DNA from: Eledone cirrhosa
Lineage: Eukaryota
Reading direction: 5' to 3'
DNA length: 64,000 bases
NCBI GenBank assembly: GCA_964016885.1
Contig: OZ024744.1
Coordinates: 43,524,001-43,588,000 of the forward strand
Made by a program: the position numbers and the translations under genes. Below are positions 1 to 11,375 of this stretch, piece by piece (positions within the stretch are counted from its first letter, which is position 1; each line of letters begins with the position of its first letter). The notes under the pieces are model-generated. The model worked only from the letters and a program-made list of their open reading frames with translations. It did no database searches and was not told the DNA's origin.

Positions 1-373
1 TAATCCAAAGATTGGAAAACAGAGAATTTGCAATGGAAAGAATTAGACCTTTAGACAGCTTATTTCCATATGATAAGGGTGCAAATCTCATAGTAAGTCA
101 ATATTTCGCTTCGTGCCCGACGCATGCGGTCAAGCCGTTAAAGTGACACACACTCAAAATTAGGCCACAAGTAAAAGCTGTTTATTATAAACTTGCTGAT
201 CATGCCACTAAAAATAGCAGCGCGATACGTTTTGTTCTCTACATAAGGAGAAAGATCATAAAAGGGTATGGATATTCCAACAGGTACTAAGTACCTATAG
301 AAATATGCAAGGTGTTTATAATAGTTGTGGTTCGATAGTACTAATTTGAGATACCAGAACTACAAAAATGAGC
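1..373 (-). repeat. Partial unit of the 465-bp tandem repeat in inverted orientation (continues off-window)
   Basis: 1-373 is the reverse complement of about 622-997; its hammerhead core reads CTAAAGG instead of CTGAAGA. Confidence 0.9.
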
Positions 374-472
374 GGAGTGTGTGTGTCACTTTAATGGCTT
401 GACCGTTTGCGTCGGGCAGGAGGCGAAATATTGATTTACTATGAGATTTGCACTCTTATGGTATGGAAATAA

Positions 473-552
473 GCTGTCTGAAGATATAATTCTTTCCATT
501 GGAAATTCTCTGGATTTCCAATCTTTGGATTAGTGAAACCGTCGGTAACAGC
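473..552 (+). ncRNA. Type I hammerhead ribozyme (repeat unit 1)
   Basis: Stem I GCTGT 473-477/ACAGC 548-552; CTGAAGA 478-484; long stem II; GAAA 535-538; stem III CCGTCGG; GUA triplet, predicted cut after 547. Confidence 0.75.
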
Positions 553-938
553 AATAGAACAGGTGAATATTTAAATCGTTTTTTAATTTATTTAAAAGAT
601 TGTTTGATAATTGCTTGCTCAGCTCATTTTTATAGTTCTGGTATTTCAAATAAGTACTATCGAACCACAACTATTATAAACACCTTGCATATTTCTATAG
701 GTACCTAGTGCCTGTTGGAATATCCATACCCTTTTATGATATTTCTCCTTATGTAGAGAACAAAACGTTGTATTGCGCTGCTATTTTTAGTGGCATGATC
801 AACAAGTTTATAATAACCAGGTTTTACTTGTGGCCGAATTTTGCGTGTGTGTCACTTTAACAGCTTGACCGCATGCGTCGGGCAGGAAGCCAAATATTGA
901 CTTACTATGAGATTTGCACCCTTATGGTATGGAAATAA

Positions 939-1017
939 GCTGTCTGAAGATCTAATTTTTCCATTGGAAATTCTCTGGATTTCCAATCTTTGGATTAGTG
1001 AAACCGTCGGTAACAGC
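939..1017 (+). ncRNA. Type I hammerhead ribozyme (repeat unit 2)
   Basis: GCTGT/ACAGC stem I; CTGAAGA 944-950; stem II CTAAT/ATTAG with inner TTGGAAAT/ATTTCCAA; GAAA 1000-1003; CCGTCGG; GUA, predicted cut after 1012. Confidence 0.8.
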
Positions 1018-1348
1018 AATAGAATAGGTGAACATTTAAATCGTTTTTTAATTTATTTAAAAGACTGTTTGATAACTACTTGCTCCTCACATTTTTGTAG
1101 TTCCGGTATCTCAAATTAGTACCATCGAACCCTAACTTTTATAAACACCTTGCATATTTCTATAGGTACCTAGTGCCTGTTGGAATATCCATACCCTTTT
1201 ATGATTTTTCTCCTTATGTAGAGAACAAAACGCTGTATCGCGCTGCTATTTTTAGTGGCATGATCAACAAGTTTATAATAACCAGTTTCTACTTGTGGGG
1301 TAATTTTGCATGTTTGTCACTTCAACGGCTTGACCGCATGCGTTGGGC

Positions 1349-1640
1349 GCTAATACTACAACACCTTCAGCTTTTCTTGAACGGTGAACAAGTGTTGTCG
1401 GCATTCGCTTAGCACCTTTTTCTCCAGCTTGACTCTTTGACAAAGATACAGTCCTGGATCAAGCGGAAACCTAGGAGGAGCGTTTGGGAGCTAGAATGTC
1501 TTCAGACGCTCACAGTTCTCAGCCAATCAGGCACTACGATTGGTGGAAACTCCCGCTTGGCTTTATATAGAGGGTTATTGATTGGTAAAAGCCACGACGT
1601 CTGTGGAAAACTAACCATTCTCTTCCACATAATTTTCGGT
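1349..1640 (+). pseudogene. Tx1-clade LINE ORF2 fragment (post-RT region)
   Basis: LQHLQLFLNGEQV and IQSWIKRKPRRSVWELECLQTL match the Tx1 ORF2 at 23967-24323 and 60932-61400. Confidence 0.85.
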
Positions 1641-1842
1641 CCAGGGCCTAACCTACAGAAATCGATAACCACAGACGAGGTAATTGTAGACCCTGTTGGT
1701 AATCACTAATGTGAGGACTCTGTACATCATTGGGAGATATATAATTGGTCTGTAGATTTAGGAATATTCGGTGCATTCATTCTTCAGTAGATGATACGTT
1801 ATGCTAGTTGTCATCCACTTTGGAACCTCTGTTGGGTTTGTC

Positions 1843-2620
1843 TATGCATCATCAGACACATTCTCAGTTCTACACGTAGATGGTATTGACAGCAAATAGA
1901 CAGCCGAGCCATCGGAGCGCGTGCCTTTCGCAAAAAGCGAAAGGGCAAACGCTCCAGTGCAGTCAGACGAGGCTTTGGACAAGGCACGACGGTCAGGTGG
2001 TAGTAAATGACGGACGCGATATACTCGTTCGCCACTCCCTCTCGACCTTTCAGGGATAGCTTCTTCTTAGACCGTTTCTAGGTGAGAGTACCACCCTACT
2101 CGTCACCTCGTCCCCGCTGGCTCGTATTTTCTTATATCAGTGCAGATCACATCAATGTGTTTGATTCTGGACACAACAACGGTGACGTCGTCGACATAAG
2201 CTGACACACATCTTTCATACCCTAGTTAGAGTGGGTTGCCTCACAACGTTTCTTTTTTGTGCAGTAGAGGCTCTGTTGTTGACGACACCCTCTGTCAACT
2301 TAAGCTCAACTAAAGTCCAACCTGGTCTCTATAAGCATTATGCGCTGAGAATGATGCGTTAAGCTTCCTGTAACCAGGTCCCTGTCTACATGTTTTATAA
2401 AGGTCGACCATGTAGATCACGAATTTTGGTCTGAATTGTTGACCATTTGGAGTTGTGGACACCCCATCTAATCCCCATCAGCTCCCCGAATGAAATACCT
2501 ATATATACGTACGATCTAGATGATCCAATGCGTTAGGTCCATGCCCGCACTGGCGCATTCGGGAAATCTAGTCGGCACTTGTCAGACATTTGGAACTGCT
2601 TAATCAGTTTCATGAGACTT
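1843..2620 (-). pseudogene. Tx1-clade LINE ORF2 fragments (RT C-terminus and endonuclease piece) with deletions
   Basis: ANEYIASVIYYHLTVVPCPKPRLTALERL matches other copies; 2370-2610 aligns to the EN region FPNAPV..SSRSY. Confidence 0.85.
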
Positions 2621-3059
2621 TGGAGATTTCATGAGACTTTGGAGATATCATGAGGAATGGTAGGAGCATAATCCCAAATCGATGATAGAAAACGATCGAG
2701 TGAAGGTTTAGTGGTTTTTCAGGTTACAAACAGATAAAGAATTAGAACACGATAGGCCTGATCTGGTGGTCTTTGACTAGGAAACAAGATCTTGCTTGGT
2801 ACGAGGATCTAAAGTTGGAACTGAAACGGATTTGAGACTATGTAATATTGCGAAGAGCAACCAAGGCTGGTTAAAGAACCAGCACAGCCCCGCTTTTTGG
2901 AATAATTCAAACGCCATGCCTACTGGAAACAACAAGGACACTCAGATACGTTTAGAAACTCTGAGGCTGCAGGTTGCGGTTTAATGTTCGTTAGAGTAAA
3001 ATTTTCGGTTAAATAACATCAATGACTGAGATATCAATTCATAATGATAATAACAATAA

Positions 3060-3420
3060 TGTCAGTTGATAGACCCACCTTGTCCATAGATGGAAAAGAA
3101 GAAGAAAGGTGCACGAATTACGGGCTCCTGAAGTATAACATTTCTAACTAATGGAATATAAAAAAGGCAGAAGTGATACCAGAAATCGTTGGAACCTTAG
3201 GGTCGACCACAAAGAATTTTCATAAATTGATATAAAAATACTAGAATTGAATCTTACAGTGGAAATGTTACAGAAACCTTGTTTTCTTAGAACGACTGGG
3301 AAAATACGAAAGGTATTAAATATAAACTGTAAAGAAAGACACAGCGTGATGATAGCTAAGACCACTTGATGTGGTCTACTATCTTGACTAAACTAGGAAT
3401 TAAGATCAATCCTGAGGGAG
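3060..3420 (+). mobile_element. 3' fragment of an RLE-type (R4/Dong-like) non-LTR retrotransposon
   Basis: Degenerate EKEEERCTNY..KAEVIPEIVGTLG..EMLQKPCFLRTTGKIRKVLN, typical of the RLE C-terminus; followed by (TAA)n. Confidence 0.7.
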
Positions 3421-3440
3421 GGCATGATAATAATAATAAT

Positions 3441-3645
3441 TGTTTCTATTTTAGGCACAAGGCCAGCAAAGGAGAGGGGAACGTTGATTAAATCAACTCC
3501 AGTGAATTACTGGTACTTTATTTTATCGACTCCGTAAGGATGAAAGACAAAATTAACCTAGGTGGGATTGAACTAAGAACGTAAAGGGCAGCAACTCTAT
3601 TCTGAAAGCTTATCGTCTGACGCTGCATCGATAATAACTGCCAAT
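3441..3645 (-). mobile_element. tRNA-derived SINE (octopus-type)
   Basis: Shares the TTTCATCCTTACG..GTCGATAAAATAAAGTACCAG core and the CCTTGTGCC..AGAAACA tail with other copies; diverged B box. Confidence 0.85.
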
Positions 3646-3763
3646 AATAATAATAATCGAGGGTTTTTTTTGTTTTCTTTTCTTTTTTGTATTTTAATCG
3701 CTTTATTTTCCATTTCATTTCTTTTTGCAATTGAGGTTTAGGTTTAGATAAATAAATAAATAA

Positions 3764-3941
3764 TTGATTCTACTTTTGGCACAAGGCCAGCAATGATCCA
3801 GTGTATTACTGGTACTTTATTTTATCGACCGCATAAGGATGAAAGGCAAAGCTAACCTCGGCGAGATTTGAACTCAGAATGGCAAGGGTCGTAACTCCAT
3901 GCGTCAAAGCATGGCGTCCGACCCTCTACCGATACTGCCAA
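3764..3941 (-). mobile_element. tRNA-derived SINE
   Basis: A box TGGCAGTATCGG and B box GAGTTCAAATC on the minus strand; same core and tail. Confidence 0.9.
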
Positions 3942-4539
3942 AGGAAAGAAAGAAAGAAAATAAGATAAACTGAAATAAAAAAAGAAAAGAAAGAAAGAAA
4001 CAAAGAAAGACACAAAGGATGAATGAATGAAAGAAAGAAAGAAAAGGAGTACACTTATATATTTAGGTATAAAATATTTTAATCCTTTCTAAAAAAAAAA
4101 TAGAAATAGAAAGAAAAGAATAAAGAAATGTATGTTTCAGGTAAAACTGTGAAATCCAATAGAACTCCAAGATTATCACCCCACCCCTAAACTTGTTATT
4201 TCTATTTCTCTCTTTCATATATTCTCACTCACTCTTACTCACTCTTTCTCTCACATAATATCTTCCTCTCTCTCCACATCTCTCTCTCATTCTGATCCTC
4301 TTCTCCTGCCTCTCACTTTCCTCATCTCATTCTTCCCTCTCATTCTCTCTCTCTCTCTCTCCCCTTCCCCCTCTTCCCCCTTTCTCTAGTTCTCTCTCCC
4401 TCTCTCTGTCACTCACTTTCAAGTACTTTCAATATTTGAACTACCTAAAATCCCTTAAAGTAAGGTGTTAAGCTATAAGCTTAAATTTTCATTGAAGATA
4501 ACTCTGTGAGTTTGTCACAGTCAAAGCCTTACACCATAA

Positions 4540-4860
4540 CGCAACACCACTCCACCACTATACCACTCCACCATTCCACCACTGTACCACGTTACAATAC
4601 CACCACACCACTAGTCCACAACACCACACCACTACCACTTCACCACACTACTACACTACAACACCACTACAAGACTACACCACTATACCACTATACCATC
4701 ATTCTATCACTTCGCAATAACCGCACCACACCATCGCTCCACTACTCTACCATGTCACAATACAACCAGTCCACAACACCATAACACTACCACCTCACCA
4801 CACCACTACATTACCACAACACCACAATACCACTAATACCACACTAACACATCACCACTC
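4540..4860. repeat. Degenerate CACCA/CACTA low-complexity repeat
   Basis: Recurrent ACCAC/ACTAC motifs. Confidence 0.8.
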
Positions 4861-4902
4861 CAGCGGAGTGAGGCGCAAATTTAAAATTTAAAATTAAATA
4901 TT

Positions 4903-4982
4903 GTATGTATGTATGTATGTATGTATGTATGTATGTATGTATGTATGTATGTATGTATGTATGTATGTATGTATGTATGTAT
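4903..4982. repeat. (TATG)n microsatellite
   Basis: Seen directly. Confidence 0.98.
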
Positions 4983-5061
4983 GTGTGTGTATGTACGTAT
5001 GTATGTGTCTGTGTGTGTGTATAAATGAACAACCAGGATTAAATTTCTTTAAAGTATAATT

Positions 5062-5124
5062 GATTTACAAATGTTTAAATACAACAGGAATATTCATTTC
5101 TGCTGTATTGATCTCTTCAGAATC
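5062..5124 (-). ncRNA. Degenerate type I hammerhead (probable Penelope pLTR remnant)
   Basis: Minus strand GATT-CTGAAGA-stem AATACAGCAG/CTGTTGTATT-TAAA (GAAA expected)-CATTTG-TA-AATC. Confidence 0.45.
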
Positions 5125-5159
5125 TGTTAATCGACTTAAATAACATAAATATTCTTTCG

Positions 5160-5392
5160 ATGTTGCCCCATCTGACTATCATCTGGTCCCTAACAGGGAA
5201 CCAAGCGTCGCAATGATGATGGCGTCATATCTGCTATGAAAGCTTTTTCATCAATGGGATTCAAGCACTCTAGAACCAATGGAAGGAGTGCGTGGGCCGC
5301 AAGGGGAAACAATGTTGAAAGATAAACCTCGTTCAGTCCCATTCCATGAAAGTATCTACATCAGTCAATGAACTTTTTAACTGACAATCGTA
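5160..5392 (+). mobile_element. Mariner (Tc1/mariner) transposase 3' fragment with remnant right end
   Basis: APSDYHL..NDDGVISA..NGIQAL..WKECVGRKG..VE, typical of the mariner C-terminus; ends TCG-TA. Confidence 0.8.
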
Positions 5393-5664
5393 TGATAATT
5401 CTGACAGAGTTGCACCAAACCACTAAATTAAATCAGGTGCAAAAATACCTTAATTGGAGCTTGCTCTTAAACGATAATATTATGGAGACAATACTTATCA
5501 TGCAGCATGCAACATAAAACAGGCGAAAAAATAGAGGCAGCAGGCTTTTATACAGTTTACTAGGTAAACAGTATATTACCTATATAATTATATTACGTCA
5601 GTAAATCATTAATTTTCATGCCTATACTGCGCGGTTTCAAGACACGAAAAATACTTACAAATTA

Positions 5665-6580
5665 TCTCTATATATAAAACTGAGGATGTCTGTCTGTGTG
5701 TGTATGTGAGTTTGAATCCACAAAATCTCGAGAACCATCCAACCGACTGTTTTCAAATTTTACACATGTAATACTTATGGTCAGGGAGTGTTCTAAGCAA
5801 AAACAATTTCAAAGTTTCAATGCCCTTAGGCAAAGTTTCAATGCATTAGGCGATTTAGCGATCTCTCTCTATAATTCTTAGTCTTTCTCTTTTTAGATAG
5901 ATACATACATACAACGTCGCGCCTTTATAATATCTGTCTGTATATCTGGCTGTCTGCATTACGTCACTTCCCTGAGGATGTCTGTCTGTGTGTGTGTGTG
6001 TGTGTGTGAGTTTGAATCCCTAAAACTCCAGAAGTACCCAACCGATTCTTTTCAAACTTTACATGTGTATTACTTGTTTCAGGGAGTGTTATGCACATAA
6101 AAAATTCAATTTTTTAATCTTCTAGGGCTCGCATTAGGTGAAAAACTGCGTTTTTTTCAGGCTTTTAGGGGTTATTTGGGGCGTTACGTCAGACCGATTT
6201 CCTTAAAATTGTAACTATGTATTAGTCAGTCTCTTTTTCATACCGTGAACAAAGAAAATCCAACTTTGTTATGGCCTTCATTTTTTCAGCTTTTTAGGGT
6301 TTTTTTGAGGCGTTACGTCTAGCCGATTTTCCCGAAATTTCAAGGCATATTATGCACATTAAAAAAAAATATTTTCTTGATCCCTTAGGGCCCGCATTAG
6401 GTGAAAACCTGCATTTTTCCTGCTTCATCGAGGAAAATCTTAAAGATTATCCAGCCCTATGAGTATTCGGTTTATTTGCTTTACATATTGTCCAGGCATG
6501 TAGTTTTTCCACGATTAGGTCTGCTGGCGGCCCGCGTTCCAAAATACCTTATCCTGTGCAACGCCGGGTACCACTGCTAG
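5665..6580 (+). mobile_element. Non-autonomous Helitron
   Basis: A|TCTCTATATATAAAAC 5' end; GC-rich imperfect hairpin CCTGTGCAACGCCGGG then CTAG|T 3' end; no TSD; internal duplication 5680/5972. Confidence 0.8.
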
Positions 6581-6847
6581 TCATTTATATAAATGATAAT
6601 TAGCAAAGTTAGGACGGAGTCCCTCATTAGAAGGTCAAGTTAATAACTATCCACAGAGAAGTCGAAGTCAGAATTGTACACCACAGACGTTGTTTTAGTG
6701 GCTGCTACAACATTGTAGCAGTTGATGGATAGCTGCGGGTTTGGCGGAATTCTGAGATAGCTCACACACCAATGTAAGCAACTCAACCAAACAAATGAAA
6801 TCAGGAATATATATATGTATGTATATATCTATCTATCTATCTATCTA

Positions 6848-6979
6848 GGGAAGTGAGAAGGGGAGAAACAGTGAGTGAGTGAGTGGAAGTGTGAGGAAGA
6901 GGTCAGTAGAGAGAAAGTGTTAACTGACATGACAGAGGGGACGAAAGAAAGTAAGAGGAACAGAGAGAACGAGGGAGCA

Positions 6980-7075
<96 letters not shown>

Positions 7076-7138
7076 GAATCGCAGTTTAGGTAAATATATG
7101 TGAAAAAATGGGGAGAAGAATACTGCATGGTTGCACAT

Positions 7139-7140
<2 letters not shown>
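6848..7140 (-). mobile_element. Terminal-region fragment of the Penelope-like family at 34.1-38.6 kb, with expanded (GA)n
   Basis: Matches 34470-34685 (GGAAGTGAGAAGGGGAGAAACAG...GGTTGCACATGG). Confidence 0.75.
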
Positions 7141-7177
<37 letters not shown>

Positions 7178-7227
7178 TAATGAAATGACAGGAGGCTGGA
7201 TTTGTGTAAATCCTTGAAAGGTTTATT

Positions 7228-7285
7228 ATACTATGATCATTTCAATGACCGGGTTCCGTATGAATTCGGTGATATCATCAGGTAT
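7228..7285 (-). ncRNA. Minimal type I hammerhead ribozyme (left arm)
   Basis: Mirror image of 8166-8223. Confidence 0.65.
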
Positions 7286-8165
7286 TCGAAATATAATACG
7301 TGAATGTAATAGGTAAAATCCATGGGGCTGAAAATCGAGACCCGAACGAGCTCACCTGGAGTGCTTGGAAAAATAAATTTCCCCTTCTTTCAGTAAATGA
7401 AAATACTCGGCGTAGCTTAATTCGCCATGGGGCCCGGGGCGCGGCCGGTGTTTTAACCGCCACATAGTACCTTTAAATTACAGAACAAATCGGAACTATT
7501 ATATAATTAAATGTTAAACTGTTGAACTTTGAATTTTCTAACCTCTTTAATATTGAATATTGATTATTAATTTTTTTAACTTCATCCTAGAAGTCTAAAC
7601 ACTGTAACACACTGACTCCCAATATATTCATCTCTGCTAAGATGCGGGTCCCTGTGAAAATTTTCTCGCGCCACTCCTGGCTTGACTGTGGTCTGACATT
7701 AATATCGACCTTTCTTCCTCTTTCTTTCTATCTTCCTTCTTGTAGCCATCAACCCTTACTTTTCTACTTCTCTCTTCCCTTCCTTCTCTTCTCCCCTCCT
7801 CCTGTCTTCCTCCCGCAAACTTATCTTCCTTCCCCCTCTTGCTTGCCTATATCTGACCAGTAGTAGTTGCCTTTCTTCTTTTAGCTGACATTAACCCTGG
7901 CTTCTCTTCTTCTTTCTTCCCCCTTCTTCTCTCTCCTTCCTTTCTTTCTTTCTTTCTTTTACCTTGTGTCATGAGATCGACGTTAACTTATGCCCCCATC
8001 CCTTTCTGTTTTCGTTCATCTGACCGGTAGTAGCGTACTATAAAATTTAGCCACGTCACTCCAGGGCGACCGGCTGAGGTTGAAGGAACAGAATAGCGGT
8101 CGCCCTCGGGTCTCGATTTTCAGCCCCATGGATTTTACCTATTACATTCACGTATTATATTTCGA

Positions 8166-8223
8166 ATACCTGATGATATCACCGGATTCATACGGAACCC
8201 GGTCATTGAAATGATCATAGTAT
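8166..8223 (+). ncRNA. Minimal type I hammerhead ribozyme (right arm)
   Basis: ATAC-CTGATGA-stem II ACCGG/CCGGT-GAAA-palindrome TGATCA-TA-GTAT. Confidence 0.7.
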
Positions 8224-8414
8224 AATAAACCTTTCAAGGATTTACACAAATCCAGCCTCCTGTCATTTCATTATAATATTTAACTCCGTAATAGCACCAC
8301 CAACTACAAAAACAAAGACGGTTGAACTGCTTTACGTTGAGTACTCTCTATATTATTGCATTACGATTGACCATACGGAATAGACCAGCTCTATACAGTG
8401 GTGAACCTCAAACC

Positions 8415-8484
<70 letters not shown>

Positions 8485-8485
<1 letters not shown>

Positions 8486-8935
8486 TGACCACAGGCTCAT
8501 AATATCGGAGTTATGATCTCTCAATTTGGAGAAGTAGCGGCTCTACCAGGAGTGACTCTCTGGTCTCTGAGCTATGCACTTTATCGAGTAACGTTACTCC
8601 AAAGACCCTTCGGAAGAATCCCATCTCTGCCACTTTTATTTGCAATTGTATTCTTTTGGTCATTACTCAAGATTCATGATCCTCGGTAAGAGTTGGCAGG
8701 AATACCAGGAAGTCAGCGAGTTTGGCTTTAACACCTACCCGCTTCTTCTGATTGCTGAATGCTGATGCTGGCGCATTACTGTATCAGCTTTTGCAATTTT
8801 GCACTTAATTCAGCCTCCTGCATTCCATCACTCATGAACACGGCTCCAAGATAATTGAACTTCTCTAACTGCTTCAGTAGAACTCCATTCCCATGTATAT
8901 AAATTTGAGGGACTTCTGTCCACCTGTCCATCACA
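8485..8935 (-). pseudogene. RTE-clade (Expander-like) LINE fragment
   Basis: GNGVLLKQLEKFNYLGAVFMSDG motif; homologous to 13660-13800. Confidence 0.7.
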
Positions 8936-9844
8936 CAATGTGTATGTGTGTTTGTGTGAATGTATGTGTGTGTAAAAGGAAGGAAAGGGATACATATATA
9001 TGTCTAACTTAAAAACAGTGACTCACACACACGTGTCTCTAATTTAAGAACGCCGACAAACTCACGCGCAGGCACATTCACACACTGTCCTATTACCAGT
9101 TAAGAGCTTTGGCCCGGGCAAACATCCCCTCGGCAAAAGACTTGACGGTCTTATTCTGTGCTCCTGGTTAAGAGGCTGGTGCCTTACCTGGGACGTCACA
9201 GTTAGTGACTCTTTTGCTTCTTCCCACATCCTGGAGGCAACGGTAAAGGCGAGAGGCATTATCCAGCCTATGTGGTCTTATATGTGTGCATTACGTGCTT
9301 GTCCCTCTTCTCTCTCTCGGTCGCTCTTCCCTCTCTCTATAATAGATCATTCCCCCTCTCTATAATTTAACTGTTTTACTCTCTCTGTCGCTCTTCACTC
9401 TCAAATATTATAAAGCTGAGCGTCGTGTCTCTCTCTCTCTCTCTCCCTCTTTCACCCTCTCTATAATTTAACTGCTTTACTCTCCGTCTCTCTTCACTCT
9501 CTATATGACAACACTCTTTTACTTTCCGTAGAGATGAGCGTCGTATGTAAATTCGGTCAACACGTATGTATCCTACACACCCGCCTATAGTTTCTCAGCT
9601 TTACTCTCTCCGTCGCTCTTTCCTCTCTCTATAATAGATCATTCCCCCTCTCTATAATTTAACTGCTTTACTCTCTCTGTCGCTCTTCACTCTCAAATAT
9701 TAAAAAGCTGAGCGTCGTCTCTTTCTCTCTCCCTCTTTCACCCTCTCTATAATTTAATTGCTTTACTCTCTGTCTCTCTTCACTCTCTATATGACAACAC
9801 TCCTTTACTTTCCGTATCTACCTTCAATATATCAATATATACCC

Positions 9845-10160
9845 AGGTTCTGCCGCACGTCGGGCTGGGGGGCCAAACTCCTCAAATACCGGTCGCTCTC
9901 CGACAGGTTTGCGGTCGTACCCTTGGCAGTGGAGACTTCTGGTGTCCTCGGCCCCAGGGCTACCTCCTTACTCACCACCATGCTGGCCAGCCGCAGGTGT
10001 GAGCCCCGCGAGTTGGACTGGCTTTTCCAGCGAGTCTCCCTTTCCGTCCTCCGGGGAAACACCTTCTCCATTATGTCCGCCGGGGCTGTGGGTGGGACCC
10101 ATCGCGTACCGTTGTAGTTGTTGTATACAGATATTAACTCATAAATCCCATTATTTATAT
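9845..10160 (+). mobile_element. 5'-truncated CRE-like non-LTR retrotransposon (RLE C-terminus)
   Basis: KLLKYRSL..VPLAVETSGVLG..LFQRVSLSVLRGN; flanked by ATATATCAA at 9827-9835 and 10162-10170. Confidence 0.75.
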
Positions 10161-10566
10161 CATATATCAACATAGAGATGAGCGTCGTATGTATGTTTAT
10201 TTCAAAAGTATAACCTCCTTCAAATTCGGTCAAAACAAAAGCAGGTAAAACACACATCAAAAGGTAACCCTCTTAGAGAGACAGAGAGTGGAAGAGAGAA
10301 ATTAGGAAAACTACACACACACACACACATCTAAAGAGAGAGAAAGAGGAGAGAGGAGAGATGAGAGTGGAGAGAGGAGAGAGGAGAGAGGAGAGAGGAG
10401 AGAGAGAGAGACAGGGAAAGAGAAATAGAGGAACTGGCAAGCAGGTAATACATACATCTAAAATCATTTGGATACAAATATCATAATATAATGGTTGCAG
10501 AACGAAAATACAGACAAATATAATAATGTATGTATCCCACACACTTTTTCTGTCGTCGCTCGCATA

Positions 10567-10732
<166 letters not shown>

Positions 10733-10995
10733 TTTCACACCTGATTTCGCCAATTGCCGGATAACATCAAAACACAGACACACACATGCACATACACACA
10801 CACACATACACAAACACACCCACACACATATCTTTACTTTATATGTAGGTATGTATGCATGTATGTATGTAAGATCATTCCTCCTCTCTATAATTTAACT
10901 TCATTACTGTCTCTGTCGCTCTTCACTCTCTATATGACAACACTGTTTTAGTTTCCGTATCTCCCTTCAAAATATACACACACACACACACACAC

Positions 10996-11070
<75 letters not shown>

Positions 11071-11183
11071 TTAGGAAACCTACACGCACACATCTACAGA
11101 GAGAGACAGAAAAACAGAGGGATGGGAAAAGAGATAGCTAGGCCGTTAGACAGAGATACAATTAAATTGTTAGTTATTCAGAG

Positions 11184-11375
<192 letters not shown>

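Larger units (their letters stand above)
377..1348 (+). repeat. About 2.1 head-to-tail units of a 465-bp tandem repeat
   Basis: GTCACTT recurs at 385, 851 and 1316; TTGGAAATTCTC at 499 and 964; the units are highly similar. Confidence 0.95.
7171..8280. mobile_element. 1.1-kb fold-back element with 175-bp inverted arms, each carrying a hammerhead
   Basis: 7171-7345 is the reverse complement of 8106-8280 with one visible mismatch; the left end abuts (TA)n; non-coding pyrimidine-rich interior. Confidence 0.9.

Noticed and set aside
499-1412. Repeated 69-79 aa ORFs in the tandem repeat
   Set aside because: Short, stops differ between units, no motif; the RNA structure explains the conservation better
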